This document shows, in pieces, positions 57,693-64,000 of a stretch of DNA of 64,000 bases. Position numbers and translations under genes: made by a program. A model generated the notes under the pieces. It had not been told where the DNA came from, ran no database searches, and saw only the letters and a list, made by a program, of their open reading frames with translations. Each line of letters begins with the position of its first letter. Within the stretch, counting starts at the first letter, position 1. This stretch comes from Nitrospirota bacterium (GTDB lineage: Bacteria; Nitrospirota; Nitrospiria; 2-01-FULL-66-17): NCBI GenBank assembly GCA_049325295.1, contig JBMOMD010000036.1:80656-144655 (forward strand), given 5' to 3'.

Positions 57693-58665
57693 TTGAATCC
57701 GCCTCGATCGCCTCGATTCTTCGCTGTATACGGTTCATCCCTTCGTCAAATCCGACCGTCGGCTCCCACCGTAACTCCATTCTAGCCCGTTGATTCGAGA
57801 AGTTCTGAGAGGTGCCCAACAACTCTACTGACATCCGGGTCAGCAGAGGGCGGGAGGATTGTTTCCGGACCGCGCCCCAAGCTTCCAACGCCCATCCTGC
57901 GGTATATGCCACCCGGTAAGGGATCTTCGCGCGAACAGGTTTGAGCCCCAACATCATGGCTAATCGATCTGCAAACTCTTTCCACGTTACGCCGAGTCCG
58001 TCTTCGATGTTGTAGGCACGTCCCACTCCGTAAGCCGGTCGGCCAGCCAAGAGCAGCGCAGCAACCAAATTGTCTACGTGGCACAATCCAGCATCGGTGT
58101 TTCCCTTTCCGATGAGGACCATCTCTTTTCGTTTAAGCAGGTTTACGATCTCCGTGACGACTGGCGCTCGATGTCCGTACACGGTCGCCGGGCGAATTAC
58201 CGTCGTGGGCAACCCGCGGCCCGCGAATTCCCATACCAGCTTCTCGGCATCGATCTTCGTGTCTCCGTAGGGCCAACCGCGATACCGAAAGGGAGCGTCT
58301 TCAGTCACGCGCTGTCCCGGATAGCCGTAGATATCAGTGGTGCTGACATGAACGAATTTCGCGACTCCGAGCGCAGCTTCCAGGATGTTTTTAGTGCCAG
58401 TCACGTTGACGCTCCGGAAGATCGCTGGATCACCCCAGTCGGAAACCACCGCAGCACAGTGGAAGACCCTGTCGACGCCTCGGACAGCATCACGAACACT
58501 CGCTGGGTCCGTGATATCACCGATGCATCGTTCTGCTTGTGGCGACACCCAGTGCAGGTTACTCGTGGGGCGAACCAACACTCGCACCTGGTCTCCTACA
58601 TCAATCAACGCATCGACCAGGTGTGAGCCGATGAATCCAGAGGCCCCTGTCACCAGGCTCCTCAC
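57676..58665 (-). CDS. NAD-dependent epimerase/dehydratase-family SDR (extended SDR; 3-beta-HSD-like)
   Basis: Rossmann motif VTGASGFIGSHLV, catalytic Y...K (YGDTK). Its 3' end overlaps the convergent FadL gene by 17 nt. Confidence 0.8.
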   Translation of the reverse strand: MRSLVTGASGFIGSHLVDALIDVGDQVRVLVRPTSNLHWVSPQAERCIGDITDPASVRDAVRGVDRVFHCAAVVSDWGDPAIFRSVNVTGTKNILEAALGVAKFVHVSTTDIYGYPGQRVTEDAPFRYRGWPYGDTKIDAEKLVWEFAGRGLPTTVIRPATVYGHRAPVVTEIVNLLKRKEMVLIGKGNTDAGLCHVDNLVAALLLAGRPAYGVGRAYNIEDGLGVTWKEFADRLAMMLGLKPVRAKIPYRVAYTAGWALEAWGAVRKQSSRPLLTRMSVELLGTSQNFSNQRARMELRWEPTVGFDEGMNRIQRRIEAIEADSTKSGT

Positions 58666-58713
58666 GATTGTCGTCCGCAGAACGAGTGGATGTCCCGTTT
58701 CATACGTTGTCAG

Positions 58714-60003
58714 TCAAAATGTGTGTCCCGCGCTCACGCCAAGCACGTGCGCGGTGGAGCGATAGCTTCCGTTGGCGCGGGCGTCGATGGGGGGTACCGT
58801 TGAATTGGAACTGCTCCCGACGCTGTTCTCCTTGACCCGCTCGAACCACAGGAATTGGTAGCCCACGTCGAGAGTCCACCGGGCCGCAGTGACGCCCACG
58901 CCAACCGACACACCTTGCCGATCCGCATCAGGAATCAGCGGCGTGGCGTACTGGTCGGGAATCGGGGACAGGTCGTAGAGATAGCCTCCGCGCAGGCGCA
59001 TAATCGACGAGAAACGGTACTCGGTACCGATGCTGTATGCCATGACGTCGCGCCAGCCGAACGTCGTCGTCTCTGGAGACAGTCCTCCGGTAAATTGGAC
59101 CTCCATGCGATCTATCGTTGACCATCCGGTCCACGCGGCATCCACTTCAATAGTCCAGTCCGGAGCAGGCCGCATCATCAATCCCGCGCGAAGCGACGGG
59201 GGTAACGTGAGCGCGGTCCGAATTTCACTGTCGGGAAAACTCGTTGCGAACAACGCCGGAACCGTAAAATCCGCCCACCCATCGTTGATCTCGACGTTGA
59301 CGCGGCTTCGATAACTCAGTCCGAGTTGCCACCGATCGGATGGCACCACCAGCACGGCGGCATTATAGCCGAACGAGCGCGCGTCGCCCGACAAGGTGAC
59401 CGCGCCTTCCCCGGCGCCGGGAAGCCCGACGGCCATATTGAGGGCTCGGTGTTCCGACAATTTGACTTGGAAATACTGGACACCCACGGCCGCGGTTAAC
59501 CCCTGGGTCGCGCGCCACGCGATCACGGGGTTGACGGTCGTGGCTTTAATCGTCGCGTCAATGACCTGAAAGCGGCCATCCCAGTCACCCGGCCACTTTG
59601 TGGACAGCCCGAACGGCGTGAAGACACCCAGCCCCACGCTGAAATTGTTGCCAAGCGGGGTGGTTACGTACAGTTGCGGCAATACGTAGTACCGCTCTCG
59701 TTCGGTTGTCGCATTGCCGGTTGCGCTCGGATCGTATTCCGCGTGGGGACGAAGCACCGTCACGCCGATAAGCGCGGTGGTTGAGGCGAGTTGCGAGATA
59801 CCAGCAGGATTGTAATACAGGGCCGAGGGATCATCCGCCTGCGCGGTAAATGCCGAGCTGCGGGCCATCCCGCCGGCGCCCTGCGCCGTGATCGCGAACC
59901 CTGATGCGTACGCCGGAGTCCATCCGCCGGATAACGTCGTCATACCGAAGACCATCAACGGTGGAGCCATCGACTTCCACCACGCGGGTTCCCGACACGT
60001 CAT
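58714..60003 (-). CDS. Second FadL-family outer-membrane channel (paralogue)
   Basis: The motif GFAITAQGAGGMARSSAFTAQADDPSALYYNPAG parallels the first FadL, and the C-terminus is ...SAGHTF. The true start may be the downstream ATG (MAPPLMVFG...). Confidence 0.7.
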   Translation of the reverse strand: MTCREPAWWKSMAPPLMVFGMTTLSGGWTPAYASGFAITAQGAGGMARSSAFTAQADDPSALYYNPAGISQLASTTALIGVTVLRPHAEYDPSATGNATTERERYYVLPQLYVTTPLGNNFSVGLGVFTPFGLSTKWPGDWDGRFQVIDATIKATTVNPVIAWRATQGLTAAVGVQYFQVKLSEHRALNMAVGLPGAGEGAVTLSGDARSFGYNAAVLVVPSDRWQLGLSYRSRVNVEINDGWADFTVPALFATSFPDSEIRTALTLPPSLRAGLMMRPAPDWTIEVDAAWTGWSTIDRMEVQFTGGLSPETTTFGWRDVMAYSIGTEYRFSSIMRLRGGYLYDLSPIPDQYATPLIPDADRQGVSVGVGVTAARWTLDVGYQFLWFERVKENSVGSSSNSTVPPIDARANGSYRSTAHVLGVSAGHTF

Positions 60004-60161
60004 GATCCGTCTCCAATGACGTTTGACGTCGCGTATCCGAGGTCGTAGCGCGAGGCGCGATTATACCCACCGCGCAGAGATCCTCGCAACCGTGCGCCCG
60101 ATGACCCACCTCGCCTCGGTGCCTTGTACGGTATAATCGACCCGCGTAAGATCGGCGCATC

Positions 60162-62894
60162 ATGACCTCCCTCGTCTCCCTCACGCTCCAGGAAATCGGA
60201 GCCCTGGCGACACCCGCGGTGTTCTCCCGAGGCCGCGAGTATCATCAGCGCGGCGCGGTGATTGAACTCACCCTGACCGACACCGGCACGCTCTGGGCAC
60301 GGGTTCAGGGGACGGAGGTCAGGCCGTACATCGTCACGGTGGAGCCGGTTGGTCCGACCGGGCTGCTCTGGGAATGCACGTGTCCGTATTTTCGCGATCG
60401 AACCGGAGAGGCGTGTAAACACGTGATCGCCGTGCTCCTGGCGTGGTTGTCTCGTCGGGACCGGTCCGCCGCGCGCGGAGCGGTCCGGGGCTCGCGCCCA
60501 CCGCGGCCCGCGGCCACATGGACTCCGACCTGGACACCGTCGACGTTCTCTGCGCCGCGAGCAGGGCAACCGGGGCCAGCGCTACTCGACAGCTCAACGT
60601 GGTCCGACCTTCGGCTCGACGTGATAGAGACCGCGGACGCCCCGCCGCAGGTCGAACTGAGATTCAAGCCGGGCGAATCCGACCACGATGCCGTCCTGAC
60701 CCTTCCGCCGAGCGCCACCCCGGACGCACTGACCGTGTTTCGGGGGCGCGCAGTCTATTCACCGGCCGCGCTGCGTATCCGATTGCTGCGAACGCCGCTT
60801 CGCGCCGAACTTCACGCCTCGTACGACGCGGACGGCCGCTTGGTCCTCGCCGCCGCGTTCCGTCACCCTTCGCGCGCGGGCCGGAGCCCTGGGCTGCGTC
60901 TCGTCGTTGTCAATCCCTCCTGGGTCTGGTCCGACGGGATGTTTTTCCGAACCGAGGTGGTTCCCGACGCGTTTCGGCCGTACTTTGCCCACGCGGGACC
61001 CACGGTTCTGGAGGGCGACGCGATTCACCGATTCCTCGAGCACGAGGCGCCGCGGTTGTCGGAATATCCCCGCTATCGCCCGTCCAACGATGTCCGTCAT
61101 AGCCGCCTGCTGCCGGCCCCGAGATTCAACGCGGTGTCCGTATTCGGCAAGGACCGCGATTGGTTCTGGCTGGATCCCATCTATCAAGCGGGCGACCACC
61201 GATTCACCTTGAGCGAGCTCCTGGACGCGGCTGAGCAGAACAAGCCGGTTCGACGCGGAAACGATTGGATCGCGCCTCCTCGGGCCGTGTCAGAAATTTG
61301 GGAAACCGCGGGCGGGCGCCTCGAAGCCGGGCGCGTGGTAATACCGCGTCTCGGCTATCTCTGGCGGCGTGCGGAGTGGAGCGATCTGGACGTTGAACGC
61401 GACGCGAACGTGCGACGATTCGAGGCCGACCTCGATCGCCTGACGCCGGCACGTCAGGCCCCGGAGCCTCCGGACTATAGAGGCTCGCTGCGCCCGTATC
61501 AGCGAACCGGGTACGACTGGCTCTGGTTCCTGCACGTCAATGGCTTTCACGGCGTGTTGGCCGACGAAATGGGGTTGGGTAAAACGCACATGACCATGGC
61601 GTTGCTGCTCGCCGCGGCGCGCGAGGACTCTGTGCGGCCTTCGCTGATCGCATGCCCAACCTCCGTGATCGATCACTGGGAGGACAAGATCCACGAGTAC
61701 GCGCCGTCCTTGGCCCCGTTGCGCTATCACGGCATGTCGCGGGCGGGCATCGCGCCGGGCGCGCTGCCGCCCGTGGTGCTCACCAGCTATACCATCTTGG
61801 CGCGTGAGAGCGAGCGGTTCCGCGCGATCGAGTGGAACTACGTGGTGCTGGACGAGGCGCAGAAGATCAAAAACCCCACGACCCAGTCGGCCAAGGCCGC
61901 CAAGTCATTGTCTGCGCAACACCGTTTAGCGCTGACCGGGACCCCGATTGAAAACCGTCTGGCCGAGCTCTGGTCGATCTTCGACTTTCTCCTGCCCGGG
62001 TACCTAGGTACGGCCAGATCATTCCGCCAGGAGTTCGACCTGCCGATCACTAAACACGGAGACCGCGCGCGGGAAGCCGTCCTCAAACGCGTGATCCACC
62101 CGTTCAAACTCCGGAGACTCAAGGCCGAGGTCTTGAAGGAACTGCCCCCCAAGGTCGAAGACCTCCGCCATTGCCGCCTCGCGCCGGCTCAGGCCGCCAT
62201 CTACCGCGACCTGGTGGCGCACGAGGGGCAGCCGCTCGCGGACGAGATCAGACAAGGTTCGGAGCCCATTCCGTATATCCACGTCTTCGCCTTGCTCTCG
62301 CGCCTCAAACAACTCTGCGACCACCCCGCCTTGGTGATCAAAGGCGCCAAAGGAAGGAAGATGGCGTCCGGCAAGTTCGATCTGTTCACCGAGCTGATGG
62401 ACGAAGCCCTGGACGCGGGCGAAAAGGTCGTGGTCTTCACCCAGTACCTGGGCATGATCGACCTGATCGGCGCGTGGCTCGATCAACAGCACGTGGACTG
62501 GGTGGAGCTGCGCGGCGCCACGCGCGACCGCCGCGCCGTGATCAACCGGTTTCAGACCGATCCCAAGTGCCGCGTGTTCGTCTCCAGTCTCCTGGCCGGC
62601 GGCCTGGGCATCGACCTCACCGCGGCCTCGATCGTGATCCATTACGATCGCTGGTGGAACGCGGCCCGCGAAAACCAAGCCACCGACCGCGTCCACCGCA
62701 TCGGTCAATCCCGGGGTGTCCAAGTGTTCAAGTTGATCACGCGCGGCACCCTAGAAGACAAGATCGACAAAATGATCCGTGAGAAAGCCTCGCTCTTGGA
62801 CTCGATCGTGGAGGAAGACGCGGCCACGCTCAAGGCGTTGACGCGCGAGGAATTGGTCGAGCTCTTAACCAGCGTGCCGACGGAGAGCGAGTAA
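60162..62894 (+). CDS. SNF2-family DNA-dependent ATPase/helicase with N-terminal SWIM zinc finger
   Basis: SWIM motif CTCPYFRDRTGEACKHV. SNF2_N region (LADEMGLGKT, DEAQKIKN). Helicase_C region (GGLGIDLTAASIVIHYDRWWNAARENQATDRVHRIGQ). Confidence 0.85.
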   Translation: MTSLVSLTLQEIGALATPAVFSRGREYHQRGAVIELTLTDTGTLWARVQGTEVRPYIVTVEPVGPTGLLWECTCPYFRDRTGEACKHVIAVLLAWLSRRDRSAARGAVRGSRPPRPAATWTPTWTPSTFSAPRAGQPGPALLDSSTWSDLRLDVIETADAPPQVELRFKPGESDHDAVLTLPPSATPDALTVFRGRAVYSPAALRIRLLRTPLRAELHASYDADGRLVLAAAFRHPSRAGRSPGLRLVVVNPSWVWSDGMFFRTEVVPDAFRPYFAHAGPTVLEGDAIHRFLEHEAPRLSEYPRYRPSNDVRHSRLLPAPRFNAVSVFGKDRDWFWLDPIYQAGDHRFTLSELLDAAEQNKPVRRGNDWIAPPRAVSEIWETAGGRLEAGRVVIPRLGYLWRRAEWSDLDVERDANVRRFEADLDRLTPARQAPEPPDYRGSLRPYQRTGYDWLWFLHVNGFHGVLADEMGLGKTHMTMALLLAAAREDSVRPSLIACPTSVIDHWEDKIHEYAPSLAPLRYHGMSRAGIAPGALPPVVLTSYTILARESERFRAIEWNYVVLDEAQKIKNPTTQSAKAAKSLSAQHRLALTGTPIENRLAELWSIFDFLLPGYLGTARSFRQEFDLPITKHGDRAREAVLKRVIHPFKLRRLKAEVLKELPPKVEDLRHCRLAPAQAAIYRDLVAHEGQPLADEIRQGSEPIPYIHVFALLSRLKQLCDHPALVIKGAKGRKMASGKFDLFTELMDEALDAGEKVVVFTQYLGMIDLIGAWLDQQHVDWVELRGATRDRRAVINRFQTDPKCRVFVSSLLAGGLGIDLTAASIVIHYDRWWNAARENQATDRVHRIGQSRGVQVFKLITRGTLEDKIDKMIREKASLLDSIVEEDAATLKALTREELVELLTSVPTESE

Positions 62895-62950
62895 CCAGAG
62901 GACGGCAGGCCTCGGACCCGAGCGGCGAAAAGCCGTAGGGCCATGACGGC

Positions 62951-63121
62951 GTGCCCACATTCCGGTTTAACGAGGCCGTCAAGCGCAACCGTCAGCGCTT
63001 CCCCGCGGACTTCATGTTCCAATTGACCGCCGACGAGTACGCAACTTTGACATCGAAAATTGCGCTGTCAAAACCCAGGCGCGGCGGCAGGCGCGAACCG
63101 AATGGGGACGGTCCCAAGTAA
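62951..63121 (+). pseudogene. Remnant of an ORF6N-domain (phage antirepressor-associated) gene, truncated at both ends
   Basis: Manual translation gives VPTFRFNEAVKRNRQRFPADFMFQLTADEYATLTSKIALSKPRRGGRREPNGDGPK*. It matches the core of ORF6N domains but stops where intact members continue past the GGRR motif. It lies in a lower-GC patch (62895-63308). Confidence 0.45.
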
Positions 63122-63308
63122 GTAAATAACTCCGTGTCGATGATCCACCGGTCTGCAACACTTTCACTAAGAAGTGACCAGTGTTTCAGCCCACTTTCTT
63201 GGTTACTCGGGATCGTCCCACCAGTTCGGCGACGCGCCGCTTCCGGCGCTCTAGGCAAGACCAGATTGAACCAGGCATAATGTCCGGTCACATTTCGACG
63301 GAGCGCGT

Positions 63309-63941
63309 ATGGATCCCAGTTTTTGGCACCAGCGGTGGGCGAAGAATGAGATCGGCTTTCACGAACCCAAGGCCAATCCGCTACTGGTCACCCATTTCAA
63401 AGAACTGTCTCTTCCAAAGGGCTGTCGCGTCTTCGTGCCCTTGTGCGGGAAAACGCTGGACATCGCGTGGCTCTTGTCCCAGGGCTATCGTGTGGCAGGC
63501 GCGGAACTGAGCGAGGTGGCGATCGCACAATTATTTGCGGAACTCAGGGTGGCGCCGCAGATCTCAACCATTGGCACGCTCAAGCGCTATAACGAAGCCG
63601 ATCTCGACATTTTTGTCGGCAATATCTTTGATCTGTCCGGCAGCGTGCTCGGCGCCGTCGATGCTGTTTATGACCGAGCGGCGTTGGTGGCTCTCCCCGA
63701 CCACGTGCGCGCTCGCTATACGGCGCACCTCATGGAGATCACAAATCGCGCGCCGCAGTTGCTCATTTCTTACGTGTACGACCAACGCGTGATGGACGGC
63801 CCGCCGTTTTCGGTTCCGAATGAAGAGGTCGCACAACACTATGGACGCCGTTATGACGTCCGTCTCATCACCAGCACCGATGTGCCCGGCGGATTGAAGG
63901 GCAAGTGCGCGGCCACAGAGAACGTGTGGCTGCTCCGGTAA
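63309..63941 (+). CDS. tpm: Thiopurine S-methyltransferase (Tpm/TmtA family)
   Basis: The N-terminus MDPSFWHQRWAKNEIGFHEPKANPLL...VFVPLCGKTLDIAWLL is the hallmark of bacterial TPMT. Confidence 0.85.
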   Translation: MDPSFWHQRWAKNEIGFHEPKANPLLVTHFKELSLPKGCRVFVPLCGKTLDIAWLLSQGYRVAGAELSEVAIAQLFAELRVAPQISTIGTLKRYNEADLDIFVGNIFDLSGSVLGAVDAVYDRAALVALPDHVRARYTAHLMEITNRAPQLLISYVYDQRVMDGPPFSVPNEEVAQHYGRRYDVRLITSTDVPGGLKGKCAATENVWLLR

Positions 63942-64000
63942 GCTGACATCTTCCTGGTTTTATCAAACAAGACAAGGCCATGCGACCGTGGTCGCATGGC

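Noticed and set aside
62992-63291. 99-aa minus-strand ORF
   Set aside because: It is antisense to the ORF6N remnant in a decayed lower-GC patch, with no supporting features.

Overview
This is a high-GC bacterial chromosomal segment (roughly mid-60s % GC by eye, not computed), densely coding and mostly housekeeping. Genes from start to end: 3' end of rlmN; tRNA-His and tRNA-Arg; the gap-pgk-tpiA-secG operon with an S8 subtilase whose ATG overlaps the secG stop; an FNR-like oxidoreductase; cobO; a Spy/CpxP-like periplasmic protein; tkt; a LolD-type ATPase with a double-FtsX permease and an AttH-like gene, all with overlapping starts; a Clp_N-HTH protein; a DASS transporter; DUF192; nfuA; trxB; a cupin; a TPR protein; mutY with an overlapping Nudix gene; thiI; a HAD hydrolase; an F0-only ATP synthase operon (atpI-like, atpB, atpE, atpF); mnmA; bactofilin; the conserved origin-proximal block parB-parA-rsmG-mnmG-mnmE-yidC-yidD-rnpA-rpmH, with pyrE rather than dnaA beyond rpmH; a four-gene operon of LolA-like protein, Cache/HAMP/GAF sensor, ECF sigma and anti-sigma; clpX-clpP-tig; five minus-strand tRNAs (Leu, Lys, Arg, Arg, Pro); a GGDEF-EAL protein; rdgB-rph; a histidine kinase, receiver and hybrid kinase cluster; a PilZ-fused alpha-oxoamine synthase beside that multi-TM hybrid kinase, with two FadL-family outer-membrane proteins and an SDR in a visibly lower-GC stretch; a SWIM-SNF2 helicase; an ORF6N remnant; and TPMT. 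Non-coding features are three copies of a structured intergenic repeat whose stem differs between copies but still pairs, an in-frame TAG separating the receiver ORF from the downstream kinase ORF, a consensus sigma70 promoter for rpmH, a 122-bp AT-rich divergent promoter island, and several clean hairpin terminators. Many long ORFs in the supplied track are antisense or alternate-frame artefacts of the high GC content and are rejected.
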